64,000 nt of DNA from a virus (IMGVR_UViG_3300029543_000199), one strand, 5' to 3'. Shown: positions 36,218 to 46,392, numbered from the stretch's first letter. Notes: generated from the sequence alone by a model not told the origin. Made by a program: numbers and translations.

Positions 36218-36547
36218 ATGAATGAAATTATGACAAGCGCAGGAAGAATGTCGAAAGCAGATGCGGCAAGGATGAGATTTGCAAAGCATTATGAGATTAT
36301 GCGTAAATATCATACACAGGTTAATCGAATTAAGAACGGGAATATTGCGAAGAACAATAAAACCGGAAGAACAGGAGTGTGGCTTGATCCAAAGAGAAAT
36401 ATATACCAGGCATACATTACTGTTAATTATAAGAAAATGCATTTAGGATGTTTTGACAACTATGCGGAAGCGGTAGAGGCAAGAATCGAAGCGGAGCACA
36501 AGTATTATGATCCGTTGATTGCCGCTATTGAAGAAGAATTCAGTTAA
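36218..36547 (+). CDS. AP2-domain DNA-binding protein (the domain commonly attached to phage HNH homing endonucleases)
   Basis: GVWLDPKRNIYQAYITVNYKKMHLGCFDNYAEAVEAR. Confidence 0.5.
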   Translation: MNEIMTSAGRMSKADAARMRFAKHYEIMRKYHTQVNRIKNGNIAKNNKTGRTGVWLDPKRNIYQAYITVNYKKMHLGCFDNYAEAVEARIEAEHKYYDPLIAAIEEEFS

Positions 36548-36558
36548 GGAGGATTCAT

Positions 36559-36756
36559 ATGGATATTGAAGAAATGATGATAGATTATATTATGAATCAT
36601 GCATCCAATGAAGAAATACAGGAGTTCTTCGGTTATGCAGATTATGGAATTCTTTCAGTTGATGCGTGCAGGGATAACTTATCACAGATGCCTGATGAAG
36701 AATTCGATATGTTTGTAAAGAAATTCAATATCCCACATGACGGTGTAAAATTATAA
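36559..36756 (+). CDS. Small hypothetical protein
   Basis: 65 aa, RBS AAGGAGGATTCATATG. Confidence 0.45.
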   Translation: MDIEEMMIDYIMNHASNEEIQEFFGYADYGILSVDACRDNLSQMPDEEFDMFVKKFNIPHDGVKL

Positions 36757-36768
36757 AAGGAGGACGCT

Positions 36769-37404
36769 ATGAATTTAAAAGAAGCATTTAGATACCAGAA
36801 TTTTCTTGACAGAGTATTTGGCGCCGCTGCAATAAGTATTCAGGTTAGAGACCATTGCCTTACTCAGACAAGAGAGCATCTTTGTAATAAGGTAAATCCA
36901 GACGCCGATGATTTTAGAGAAGAAGTTAAGACGGAGGAAGAATTCTTCCAGAACGACGATGTGATCCGGGCTATGAGATTTCTCATTGGAGAGAAAGAGA
37001 AGCTCAGCATTGCAATCAATAAGGCTAAGAAAAGCATTGCTTTGGATATTGATGCAGCGACAGCTGTTAATAAATACAGACAGAAGCTCAATGGTTCCAT
37101 TGCACTAATGATGAGATTCAAGCCATGTAATCGTATCGAAACAGAGATTGGTCACAAATTTAATGTCGCAGGAGATCCAGTGGATTATAAATACGATGTG
37201 AAAGTGACAAGTGAAGAAGCTTATGATAGAGATTCTGCAAAGAAAACAATGAAAAAAATTATCTCTGAAGCTGATAAGATTTCATCAGAAATTGATGCGG
37301 CAAAAGTTAATACTCAGGTAGAGTATACACCTGTGTTCGATGTTAATGACTCGTTCGAGGATGTAATGAATACATTCCTGAGTATGCAGGAAGTAACAGA
37401 GTAG
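36769..37404 (+). CDS. Hypothetical protein
   Basis: 211 aa, RBS AAAGGAGGACGCTATG. Confidence 0.55.
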   Translation: MNLKEAFRYQNFLDRVFGAAAISIQVRDHCLTQTREHLCNKVNPDADDFREEVKTEEEFFQNDDVIRAMRFLIGEKEKLSIAINKAKKSIALDIDAATAVNKYRQKLNGSIALMMRFKPCNRIETEIGHKFNVAGDPVDYKYDVKVTSEEAYDRDSAKKTMKKIISEADKISSEIDAAKVNTQVEYTPVFDVNDSFEDVMNTFLSMQEVTE

Positions 37405-37904
37405 GGAGCTATCGGCTCTCTGATTTGGACAGTAATTTAGGAAAGTGTAATATCAGTGTCTGACAGTACATAACTGTTGGCTTTCAGCGATGAAGGTCAA
37501 ATCTTATAACAGATGATTATTTGAATCATTGATTATAAATCTAAAAGAAGAATATTAAATTTTCTAGCGAAAATTATCAAGTTCGACAAGCACTTTGCAA
37601 GGCATTCTTCATCATAACACGATAGCTCCATATCCATATAACACAAAAATTATAGCGTACATAAAATGATAATATGTCAATCACAACAAACGCTACTTCT
37701 TCCTCAAATGATATTTGGGTTTTAATGACACATATGGTAAGTGTAAAATTGGTGAAAACACACATTGACGCTGGTCATAATAGTCGTGATCGGCGACGAT
37801 AAAGGTGCAATTAAGTTGCGTGACGCATTTGCGTTTTCTGATATTTATATTTGAATAAGTTGCTGTTCAAATCAGGGAGCCGATATTAAATAGGAGGTTT
37901 TGAT

Positions 37905-38120
37905 ATGCTAGAGGCATGTTTTGGAGTCGTAGTTGCGGCTGTAGTGACAGCATCTCTGGTTGCTGTTGTAATGGCAATAGCAGATCATCCAGAGTTTAAA
38001 TGCCAGTATGGAAACTGCGATGATTGTCCGTTCCCTAGATGTAGAAAGGAGATGGTCAATAATGGGCGTATACATAACAGGAGATTGCCACGGAGAGTGG
38101 ATAAAACTAAGGCAATTTAG
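37905..38120 (+). CDS. Small membrane/Cys-rich hypothetical protein; overlaps the next gene
   Basis: RBS AATAGGAGGTTTTGATATG; TM helix VVVAAVVTASLVAVVMAIA; C...C...C motifs. Confidence 0.35.
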   Translation: MLEACFGVVVAAVVTASLVAVVMAIADHPEFKCQYGNCDDCPFPRCRKEMVNNGRIHNRRLPRRVDKTKAI

Positions 38121-38823
38121 CATTCTCCGTGAATTAACCGAGGACGATTTCATCATAGTTTGCGGTGACTTCGGAATCTGGAATGATACAAACGGATACG
38201 AGACACGAGGGTTAGATAGACTTGCAGAAATCAAACCTACTGTTGTATTTGTCTCCGGCAACCATGAGAATTTTGATAGGCTGTACAGCGATGAGTTTGA
38301 GACGGTTGATTTTCATGGTGGTAAAGCTCAGAGAATTCGAGACAATGTATACCATTTGTTACGAGGATATGTATTTGAATTCTGTGGAAAGAAATTTTTC
38401 GCGTTTGGAGGAGCAAGCAGTCACGATGTAGATGATGGTATTCTTGATCCAGATGATTACGCAACATGGGATGACTTTGTGAAGGTTGCAAATGAATGGG
38501 ATAGACAGAGAAAGATGTTCCGTGTAAAAGGGTTATCATGGTGGGAAAGAGAACTTCCGACAGAGGAAGAAATGAATTTCGGTAAAGAAACACTGAAAGA
38601 AAACGATAATAAGGTTGATTACATTATATCACATTGCTGCCCACAGCAAATCGCAGCTATGTTTTCTCATGGAATGTACAAGCACGATGTGCTGACAAAT
38701 TACTTTGATGAGATCATGGAGAGCACAGAGTTTACCAGATGGTACTTTGGACATTACCACGATGACAGACTTATCATGGGTAAATTTGTAATGCTGTATG
38801 ACAGTTTTGAGAGAGTGGTGTGA
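38062..38823 (+). CDS. Calcineurin-like metallophosphoesterase
   Basis: Start at the ATG with RBS GGAGATGGTCAATAATG. ITGDCHG, VCGDFGIW, SGNHENFD. Confidence 0.65.
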   Translation: MGVYITGDCHGEWIKLRQFSILRELTEDDFIIVCGDFGIWNDTNGYETRGLDRLAEIKPTVVFVSGNHENFDRLYSDEFETVDFHGGKAQRIRDNVYHLLRGYVFEFCGKKFFAFGGASSHDVDDGILDPDDYATWDDFVKVANEWDRQRKMFRVKGLSWWERELPTEEEMNFGKETLKENDNKVDYIISHCCPQQIAAMFSHGMYKHDVLTNYFDEIMESTEFTRWYFGHYHDDRLIMGKFVMLYDSFERVV

Positions 38824-38824
38824 T

Positions 38825-39424
38825 ATGGAAGTTAAAATCAGTAGTGGAAATTCAAAGCTCGGAAAGATACCGAGTGTATCACTTCCTGCCGGGGCGACAT
38901 GCAGAAGCGATTGTGAGTGCAGTAGGAAGTGTTATGCAAAGAAACTTGAAAGACTTAGAAAGACAGTGAGAGAAGCGTATCAACACAACTATGATTTATT
39001 AAAAAACAAACCAGATGTATATTGGAGAGAGGTCGAGGCGTCAATTATGATGTCTCGATTTTTTAGATTCCACGTATCCGGCGATATACCGGATGAATAT
39101 TATTTAATACATATGCTTGAAATTGCAAAGAGGAATCCTCATTGTGAGATTCTGTGCTTTACAAAGAAGTTTGAAATAGTAAATAAAATACTACTTTCAT
39201 ATCCAGTGCCGAGCAATTTGCATCTGATTTTAAGCGGATGGGCTGGCTTAGAAATGCAAAATCTATTCAATCTTCCGGAGGCTCATGTGAGGTATCGTGA
39301 TGGTACTACGACTGCAAGAGAGGATGCTAGAGAATGTGCTGGTAATTGTACAGAATGTGCAATTACAGATGGAGGATGTTGGTCTTTAAAGTCAGGAGAG
39401 CAGGTTGTTTTTAATGAACATTAG
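38825..39424 (+). CDS. Cys-rich hypothetical protein
   Basis: CRSDCECSRKC...C...CTEC; start at the ATG overlapping the upstream stop. Confidence 0.5.
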   Translation: MEVKISSGNSKLGKIPSVSLPAGATCRSDCECSRKCYAKKLERLRKTVREAYQHNYDLLKNKPDVYWREVEASIMMSRFFRFHVSGDIPDEYYLIHMLEIAKRNPHCEILCFTKKFEIVNKILLSYPVPSNLHLILSGWAGLEMQNLFNLPEAHVRYRDGTTTAREDARECAGNCTECAITDGGCWSLKSGEQVVFNEH

Positions 39425-39435
39425 GAGGTGAGGCT

Positions 39436-39783
39436 ATGTTAAATCGTGAAAAACGAAGGAAGTTTGCTAAAGAAGCTAAAGCAAAAGGTATCCCAAAAGA
39501 GTATATTGATGCCTATTTGACAATGCTTGCAAGCAAAAGCGATGGTGACTTAATCGAAGACGGTATGAAAGTCATGGTCAATGTAGAGCGTGTGAAGCAT
39601 GGTAAGAATTACGAGTCCATGCACGATAGATACAAAGAATTCATCAATCAGTGCGATGGACAAGTCTTTACAGCGCATGTTGAAGACAATGGTCTGATTA
39701 GCCTGAAAGAGAGTCCGGAATGGTTGTTCTGGGAGGGAGACTTGATTAAGTGCAAAGAAGGTGATTCTGATGGATGCAGTTGA
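39436..39783 (+). CDS. Hypothetical protein
   Basis: 115 aa, RBS AGGAGGTGAGGCTATG. Confidence 0.5.
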   Translation: MLNREKRRKFAKEAKAKGIPKEYIDAYLTMLASKSDGDLIEDGMKVMVNVERVKHGKNYESMHDRYKEFINQCDGQVFTAHVEDNGLISLKESPEWLFWEGDLIKCKEGDSDGCS

Positions 39784-40273
39784 TAGGCTTAAAAAAGAAT
39801 TGTGTGAATTTGCGCAAAAAAAGTTAGTGGCAAAATATGTTGATTGTATGTCTCTGATGACTATCGTGGACAAGTATAATCGCTGCGCCGGATCGGTCGA
39901 AGGAAATATGATTGACTGTATTACAATCCATAATCGGCTCCTTGCAATAAGATATCCAGCTGGAGAGTATACACTGGATTATATGGATAGGCTTTTAAAA
40001 AATGTGTCTGATACTGTTAGAGATAACACAACGAGAGTAGTTTGTGTGCCAGATGATATTGCAATACAAAGCATGACACAAACAGAATTCGGAAAATTTA
40101 TACATGAATTACTTAGAATATATCAGGAAAAGCCGGACTATCCAGACTACATAGATGCAGCTGGATGGAGATGGATGGGTTATGATTATGCAGATCATAT
40201 GTATGGTTTAAGACATATGATGGATCATTCAGCAGCAGGGTTGGAAAATCAGTTTTTGAGACAGAGATTCTAA
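39761..40273 (+). CDS. Hypothetical protein
   Basis: 170-aa ORF. Confidence 0.5.
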   Translation: MILMDAVDRLKKELCEFAQKKLVAKYVDCMSLMTIVDKYNRCAGSVEGNMIDCITIHNRLLAIRYPAGEYTLDYMDRLLKNVSDTVRDNTTRVVCVPDDIAIQSMTQTEFGKFIHELLRIYQEKPDYPDYIDAAGWRWMGYDYADHMYGLRHMMDHSAAGLENQFLRQRF

Positions 40274-40346
40274 CACGAAACATAGCGAGCTTGCAGTAAT
40301 GCAACTCGCTATTTATATATACAAAACAAACGAAAGGAGTAAAGAA

Positions 40347-42938
40347 ATGAATGGATTAAGTAGTAGTGAGGTTCTGCGAAGCAGGGAAATGCATGGCAGT
40401 AATAAACTTCCAGAACCGAAGATGAAGAAGTGGTATGACTTTGCAAAAGAGGCATTGAGTGAAAAAATCACAATGATTTTGATTGCCATTGCTGTTCTGC
40501 AGTTATTCCTCGGATTCATGGGAGTGATGGAACTTTCTGATCCAATCATGATTCTTGTGGTACTTGCAATCGTGACAGTGATTGCTGTAAAGACTGGACT
40601 TGGTGTTCAGAAGTCAGCAGCAGAGTTGCGAGCAAAGACGTCGGTCAGGTACTGCGATGTAATTCGTGATGGGAAAGTTCAGACAATCAACAAGGATGAG
40701 TTGGTTGTTGGAGATTTAGTATGTGTAGGTATGGGACAGGAGATTTTCGCTGATGGTTATATTGTAGATGGAAAAATCTCAGTGAATAATGCAGCAATCA
40801 ATGGAGAGACAAAAGAGTGTAAGAAGACACCGATTCAAGGATACATACACGCAAAAACTACATCAACATCTGCATACACAAACCCGAATTGCTTGTTTGC
40901 AGGAACTACGGTTATGTCAGGCGAGGGAAAGATGATTGTCACAGATGTAGGCGTAAATACAGTCAACGGGGATACGATGGTTAAGATGCAGACATTGGAA
41001 TCTCCGAAAACAGCTCTTGATATCGCACTCGATAATTTAAGTGACTTTATTTCAAAATGGGGAACCGTCGCAGCTGTGGTAACATTTGCAGTTTTGACAA
41101 TGACAGGCATCATGAGTGTTGGGTTCAGCAACTATTTCGGAGGAAATATTTTAGATGTGATCCAGAAAATCGCACAGAATTTCTCTGTCGCATTAACAAT
41201 TATTGTAGCAGCAGTTCCGGAGGGGCTTCCACTGATTGTAAAGCTCGTAACAAAGCAAAATGTTCGGACGATGGAGACGTTCAATATTCTGGCGAAGAAT
41301 CCAGGCAAAATTCCAGAGCTTGCTTATGTGGATATTATTTGTACGGATAAGACTGGTACGCTTACAACCGGAGTCATGACCCCAAAGAAAATCATCGATG
41401 CATTTGTAGATGAAGTTGATGAATCGTCTGAATTATGGAAAGCTATGGTCAATAATATCTGTATCAATAATAGCGCAGTATTCGACGGCAACGGAGAAAT
41501 TACTGGAGGCAATTCCATTGACCGTGCGGTATTAACTCTGACGGATTCTGAAGAGTATGGAAAAATCGTGAATGACTTACAGGTCAAAGCGAAACAGGTC
41601 TTCAATAGTTCTAATAAATATTCCGCAGTAAGTTGTTCAAACGAAGTTACCTATTATAAAGGTGCTCCAGAAAAACTCATTGATCACTGTACGACAGCTC
41701 TCGGAGATGGAATTCAGACATTTACAGACAGCGATAAGATTAGACTGCTTGAGAACATTAAAGAGATGACAACGAAGTCAATGAGATGTATTGCTCTTAC
41801 GCAATCAAAGGAAGAACTTGTTGAGAATGAGCTTCCAAATAACATGACATTGTTAGGAATTATCGGAGTTGTTGACCCGGTAAGAGAGGAAGTTCCAAAT
41901 GCAGTGGCTATGGCTCATAAAGCAGGTATTCAGGTAATCGAGATTACCGGAGATTGCCTTGAGACAGCAAAAGCCGTGGCAGAAGAATGTGGAATTTATA
42001 TGGCTGGAGATCTGGCTATTACAAATGATGACTTTGAAGCGATGTCTGATGACGAAGTAAAAAGTATCATTCCAAAACTGAGAGTTATTTCAAGATGTTC
42101 ACCTAATACAAAACTGAGACTGGTAACTCTTGCTCAGGAAATTGGAAAGTCTGTTGCGATGACCGGAGACGGTGTGAATGATTCACCGGCATTAAAAAGA
42201 GCAGATGTAGGATTCGGTATGCAGGGCGGGTCTGATGTAGCAAAAGAGGCATCTGATATTGTTCTGACTGATGATAACTTTGCAAGTGTTGTAAAAGCTG
42301 TGGAACTTGGAAGAACATTCATGCACAACATCATGATGTTTCTTGAGTTCCAGTTACCAATCAACATCGCATTGCTTATCTTGAGTGTGATTTATCCTAT
42401 GGTTGCAACCGGTGCTCTGCTGGCTTCGGTACAAATTCTGATTGTGAATATCATTATGGATTCACTTAACTCGCTGTCTTTTGGAGGTGAGCCGCCGAAG
42501 GAAGAATATATGTCTGAGCGACCTATTAAAAAGGGTTCTGGATTATTTATTCGAGGAGCTAAGAAACGTATAGCAATCAGTACAGCTACGTTTATCGCCT
42601 TATACGGAATCATCACATTCAGTCCAGTATCAAATATGTTCGCAACTGATGTGGAGGCTATGACGGCGAGATTTGCGCTCTTATGTTTCATGGCTGTATT
42701 CAACGGATTCAATATCCGTACAGAACATATGAATCTATTTAAAGGTATAGGAAAGAATAAGCTGTTCTCATATATTGCAGTTGGAATCTGTGCGATGACA
42801 GTAATTCTGTGTGATTTCGCAGGAACGTTGATTAAGGCAACAGCGCTTGACTTAAATCATTGGCTTGTAATTATCGCACTTGCGTTTATGGTTATCCCAG
42901 TCGATCTTATAAGAAAGGCTGTAGATAATAGAAAATAA
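40347..42938 (+). CDS. P-type cation-transporting ATPase (P2-type, Ca2+-ATPase-like)
   Basis: Start at the ATG with RBS AAAGGAGTAAAGAAATG. DKTGTLT phosphorylation motif; GDGVNDSPALKRADVG hinge; N-terminal cation-ATPase domain; about 10 TM segments. Confidence 0.85.
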   Translation: MNGLSSSEVLRSREMHGSNKLPEPKMKKWYDFAKEALSEKITMILIAIAVLQLFLGFMGVMELSDPIMILVVLAIVTVIAVKTGLGVQKSAAELRAKTSVRYCDVIRDGKVQTINKDELVVGDLVCVGMGQEIFADGYIVDGKISVNNAAINGETKECKKTPIQGYIHAKTTSTSAYTNPNCLFAGTTVMSGEGKMIVTDVGVNTVNGDTMVKMQTLESPKTALDIALDNLSDFISKWGTVAAVVTFAVLTMTGIMSVGFSNYFGGNILDVIQKIAQNFSVALTIIVAAVPEGLPLIVKLVTKQNVRTMETFNILAKNPGKIPELAYVDIICTDKTGTLTTGVMTPKKIIDAFVDEVDESSELWKAMVNNICINNSAVFDGNGEITGGNSIDRAVLTLTDSEEYGKIVNDLQVKAKQVFNSSNKYSAVSCSNEVTYYKGAPEKLIDHCTTALGDGIQTFTDSDKIRLLENIKEMTTKSMRCIALTQSKEELVENELPNNMTLLGIIGVVDPVREEVPNAVAMAHKAGIQVIEITGDCLETAKAVAEECGIYMAGDLAITNDDFEAMSDDEVKSIIPKLRVISRCSPNTKLRLVTLAQEIGKSVAMTGDGVNDSPALKRADVGFGMQGGSDVAKEASDIVLTDDNFASVVKAVELGRTFMHNIMMFLEFQLPINIALLILSVIYPMVATGALLASVQILIVNIIMDSLNSLSFGGEPPKEEYMSERPIKKGSGLFIRGAKKRIAISTATFIALYGIITFSPVSNMFATDVEAMTARFALLCFMAVFNGFNIRTEHMNLFKGIGKNKLFSYIAVGICAMTVILCDFAGTLIKATALDLNHWLVIIALAFMVIPVDLIRKAVDNRK

Positions 42939-42951
42939 GGAGGTTTGTAAC

Positions 42952-43530
42952 ATGTCAATTAGTTTAGTGAAAGGTCAGAAGATTGATCTTACAAAAGGAA
43001 ATGCTGGGCTGAAGAGGGTTGTGTTTGCTCTTGGCTGGGACACAAACAGATATGACGGAGACGAAGAATTCGATCTTGATGTGTCGGCGTTCTTCACTGA
43101 TGAGTCTGGCAAGGTCACAGGAGAGCAGGATTTCGTATTCTACGGACAGCCACAGCATCCGAGCGGAGCACTTACATACTCAGGAGATAACAGAACAGGA
43201 GAAGGAAGCGGCGATGATGAAACCATGACGGTCGAGTTAGAAAAGATTCCGGCAAATATCTCCAAAATCAGTTTCGCTGCAACAATTTACGATGCAGAAA
43301 ACAGGCTGCAAAACTTTGGTATGGTTGATAATTCATACATCCGTGCATACGATGCAGATACAAATGAGGAGCTTTTCAGATACGATTTGAATGAGGACTT
43401 CTCACTGGAAACAGGCGTAGTTGCCGGAGAGCTGTACAGCAGAAATGGAGAATGGAAATTCAATGCTGTTGGATCTGGATTTACTGGAGGATTAGCAGCA
43501 GTCGGTAGAAACTTTGGACTGAATTTATAA
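42952..43530 (+). CDS. TerD-domain protein (paralog 1)
   Basis: SGDNRTGEGSGDDE Ca-binding signature. Confidence 0.8.
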   Translation: MSISLVKGQKIDLTKGNAGLKRVVFALGWDTNRYDGDEEFDLDVSAFFTDESGKVTGEQDFVFYGQPQHPSGALTYSGDNRTGEGSGDDETMTVELEKIPANISKISFAATIYDAENRLQNFGMVDNSYIRAYDADTNEELFRYDLNEDFSLETGVVAGELYSRNGEWKFNAVGSGFTGGLAAVGRNFGLNL

Positions 43531-43547
43531 GAAAGAAGGGTTGGCAT

Positions 43548-44120
43548 ATGTCAGTAAGTTTAGTAAAGGGGCAGAAAATCAATCTGTCAAAAGAAGTAGA
43601 AGGGCTTAAAAAGGTGGTTGTAGGTCTCGGCTGGGATGCAGCAAAACAGGGTGTGTTCGGTCATAAGCCAAACATTGACTGTGATGCGTCTGCAATTATC
43701 CTGGGTAAAGGTAATAAGTATAAGGGTGTTGTATATTACGGAGACAGATCAGCTGAAGACGGATGTGTATATCATCATGGAGACAACCTTACCGGAGACG
43801 GAGATGGTGATGATGAACAGATTACAGTAAATCTTGAAAAGATGCCATCCGATGTCGAAAAGATTGTATTCGTTGTTAATATCTATGCTTGTACATCCAG
43901 AAAACAGGACTTTGGTCTGATTAAGAACGCATTTATTAGACTTGTGGATGACGCAAGTAGAAAGGAAATTTGCAAATATAATCTCTCTGAAAATTATGCA
44001 GGAAAAACTGCTATGGTATTTGCAGAAGTGTATAAGAAAGACGGAGAGTGGAAGTTCAATGCAATCGGACAGGGAACAAACGACACAAGTATCAGTGAAT
44101 TGGCAAACAGATATAAATAA
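43548..44120 (+). CDS. TerD-domain protein (paralog 2)
   Basis: HGDNLTGDGDGDDE. Confidence 0.8.
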   Translation: MSVSLVKGQKINLSKEVEGLKKVVVGLGWDAAKQGVFGHKPNIDCDASAIILGKGNKYKGVVYYGDRSAEDGCVYHHGDNLTGDGDGDDEQITVNLEKMPSDVEKIVFVVNIYACTSRKQDFGLIKNAFIRLVDDASRKEICKYNLSENYAGKTAMVFAEVYKKDGEWKFNAIGQGTNDTSISELANRYK

Positions 44121-44131
44121 GGAGGATTCAC

Positions 44132-44713
44132 ATGTCAGTATTATTAAGTAAAGGGCAGAGGGTAGACCTTACGAAAGGTCGCCCTTCTTTAAAGAATATA
44201 TTTGTAGGTCTTGGGTGGGACATCAATCACTACGACGGAGAATCTGATTTTGACCTAGATGCATCCGTGTTTATGACAAAAGAAAATGGTAAAGTCGGAT
44301 CGGATGGAGACTTTGTATTCTATGGAAATCTGGCACACAATTCAAAGAGCGTAGTTCACATGGGCGACAATCGAACAGGCGAAGGAGAGGGAGATGATGA
44401 GGTAATCAACATCAAACTTGACAAGGTTCCGGATGATTACGAATCAATCGCTGTAACTGTAACAATTTACGATGCAGAAAGCAGACTACAGAATTTTGGA
44501 ATGGTAGAAAACGCATACGTAAGAGTTGTTGACGCAGACACAGGAGAAGAACTGATGAGATTTGACCTGAGCGAAGACTTCTCTACAGAAACAGCCATCG
44601 TTGTTGCAGAAATTTACCGACACAACGGTGAATGGAAATTTAAAGCAGTTGGTAGCGGATATAACGGAGGTCTTGCAGCTCTTTGTAGACAGTACGGAAT
44701 TGACGCGGAGTAG
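44132..44713 (+). CDS. TerD-domain protein (paralog 3)
   Basis: MGDNRTGEGEGDDE. Confidence 0.8.
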   Translation: MSVLLSKGQRVDLTKGRPSLKNIFVGLGWDINHYDGESDFDLDASVFMTKENGKVGSDGDFVFYGNLAHNSKSVVHMGDNRTGEGEGDDEVINIKLDKVPDDYESIAVTVTIYDAESRLQNFGMVENAYVRVVDADTGEELMRFDLSEDFSTETAIVVAEIYRHNGEWKFKAVGSGYNGGLAALCRQYGIDAE

Positions 44714-44722
44714 GAGGATATC

Positions 44723-45469
44723 ATGACTAACTTTATGTTTACTGTGATTGTAGTAATTGTGCTTGCTGTGATTATACTTTTCGGAACTGTCTTTGGAAAA
44801 CAGCTCCGTGTGAAAATGAAAGGCAGAACTGATGAAGTAATGCGCCAGGACGCTCAGACTCCAGAAGGAGCGAGAGATTACTACAACGCCGCAATTAGAG
44901 AAAAAGAAGATTTTTACAATAGGGCATCTGCAAGTTTTGCTGAAATTTCCGGCAAAAGATCTGCTGCAGAAAATGATCTGCATAAGACACGGAAGGAAAT
45001 TATGAAAGTTACAAACGATATGAATGCTTGTATTGACAGCGATCGAGAAGATGAGGCAATGCAGTATGCACGGAAGAAATCAACGCTCGAAAGCAAAATC
45101 AATGTTTTAAAAGATACTGTGGATGAGATGAAAGAGGTTGAAGCTCATCAGAAAGAGATTATGCAGCAAGCAGCTGAGGAACTGCAGAAGCTAAAAGAAG
45201 AAAAAGAGCAGGTAGTTTTCCAGATGGAAGCCGATAGTCAGATTATTGAACTTCATCAGAGCATGGATTCTTTAAGCATGAACAACGAGAGTGATAGGAT
45301 GCTTGAGAGAGTTCGTGAGGGCGCAAGAAAGACGAGAGAACGCGCCGATGGTAGTCGAATCGCATATGATTCAAGCGCACAGGCGGCTGATCGAAGACTT
45401 GAGGCATCTGAGAGAGAAAGAAATGCTCGTCAGATTCTCGAAGAGGCAAGGAGACAGCGAGGAAAGTAA
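44723..45469 (+). CDS. Membrane-anchored coiled-coil protein (PspA/TelA-like?)
   Basis: N-terminal TM FTVIVVIVLAVIILFG, then ~200 residues of charged coiled coil. Confidence 0.4.
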   Translation: MTNFMFTVIVVIVLAVIILFGTVFGKQLRVKMKGRTDEVMRQDAQTPEGARDYYNAAIREKEDFYNRASASFAEISGKRSAAENDLHKTRKEIMKVTNDMNACIDSDREDEAMQYARKKSTLESKINVLKDTVDEMKEVEAHQKEIMQQAAEELQKLKEEKEQVVFQMEADSQIIELHQSMDSLSMNNESDRMLERVREGARKTRERADGSRIAYDSSAQAADRRLEASERERNARQILEEARRQRGK

Positions 45470-45482
45470 TTCCGGTGATAAT

Positions 45483-45836
45483 ATGTTCAGAGTAATAATT
45501 GCAGGTAGCCGATCATTTGCGAACTACGAAATGTTAAAAGCAAATATGAATCGTCTGTTGCAGAATATCAGTGATGAAATATCCATAGTATGCGGAACCG
45601 CAAGAGGAGCAGACAGGCTTGGAGAGAAGTATGCGAAAGAAATGGGTTTCCATGTTGCATACTTCCCGGCAGACTGGGAGCGGTATGGCAAAGCGGCTGG
45701 ATATATAAGAAATAAAGAGATGGCTCAAAACGCCGATGCTTTGGTAGCATTTTGGGACGGAGAAAGTAGAGGAACAAAATCAATGATAGACCTGGCTAAA
45801 GAGTATGATCTCGCTGTCAGGGTTTTAAAATTCTGA
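45483..45836 (+). CDS. DUF2493-like (SLOG/DprA-LOG-related Rossmann) protein
   Basis: VIIAGSRSF...VCGTARGADRLGEKYAKEMG...FPADWERYGKAAGYIRNKEM pattern; start taken at the internal ATG 45483. Confidence 0.45.
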   Translation: MFRVIIAGSRSFANYEMLKANMNRLLQNISDEISIVCGTARGADRLGEKYAKEMGFHVAYFPADWERYGKAAGYIRNKEMAQNADALVAFWDGESRGTKSMIDLAKEYDLAVRVLKF

Positions 45837-45852
45837 CGGAGGTAATATCGAT

Positions 45853-45990
45853 ATGGACGAAGATGAGCTTGACTATTGCTATGAGTGCGGAGGCTACGGA
45901 GATGATTACTCCGTAGACGAGCACGGCGAACTTGTGTGTAATTGTGATACATGTCCGATGAATCCATTTAGAGGTGATTGGGATGATTAA
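45853..45990 (+). CDS. Small Cys-rich protein (45 aa), below the ORF-track cut-off
   Basis: MDEDELDYCYECGGYGDDYSVDEHGELVCNCDTCPMNPFRGDWDD. Confidence 0.3.
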   Translation: MDEDELDYCYECGGYGDDYSVDEHGELVCNCDTCPMNPFRGDWDD

Positions 45991-46030
45991 CGATAGTGAG
46001 ATAGAATGATTTTAATATGAGGAGTTAAAG

Positions 46031-46381
46031 ATGCAGAAAGACAAAATTATCTATACGGTTAAGCACAGAAAAGCATTCAGAAGAGTAGAGAAAGAACTGC
46101 TTGGACATAACACCCTGAGAGGAATCCTTCATGATTTGGATAAGGTGTTTCTGTATATGATTTTTGATTATAAATCAGTGCATAACTGGCATAGGAATCA
46201 TTCCAGACATCATTCTATTAAGGCAAAGACACATAGTGATTTTGTCCAAATGGTAGTGGACTGGGAATGTTCAAGATATACAAAGCCAGACAAACCATTA
46301 AATGCGAGAGAGACGCTCAACAAGTTCTATCCTGAATTAAAAGACGAGGTTTTACCTGTCATTCAGGAACTTGGTTTATAA
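46031..46381 (+). CDS. Hypothetical His-rich protein
   Basis: 116 aa, RBS GAGGAGTTAAAGATG. Confidence 0.5.
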   Translation: MQKDKIIYTVKHRKAFRRVEKELLGHNTLRGILHDLDKVFLYMIFDYKSVHNWHRNHSRHHSIKAKTHSDFVQMVVDWECSRYTKPDKPLNARETLNKFYPELKDEVLPVIQELGL

Positions 46382-46392
46382 AATTGATGTTT

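Noticed and set aside
36146-36442. 98-aa minus-strand ORF
   Set aside because: Antisense to the AP2-domain gene and its upstream small ORF within an otherwise uniformly plus-strand array. No RBS.
40313-42712. Several 70-106-aa minus-strand ORFs
   Set aside because: Antisense to the P-type ATPase gene, whose plus-strand frame carries all catalytic motifs.
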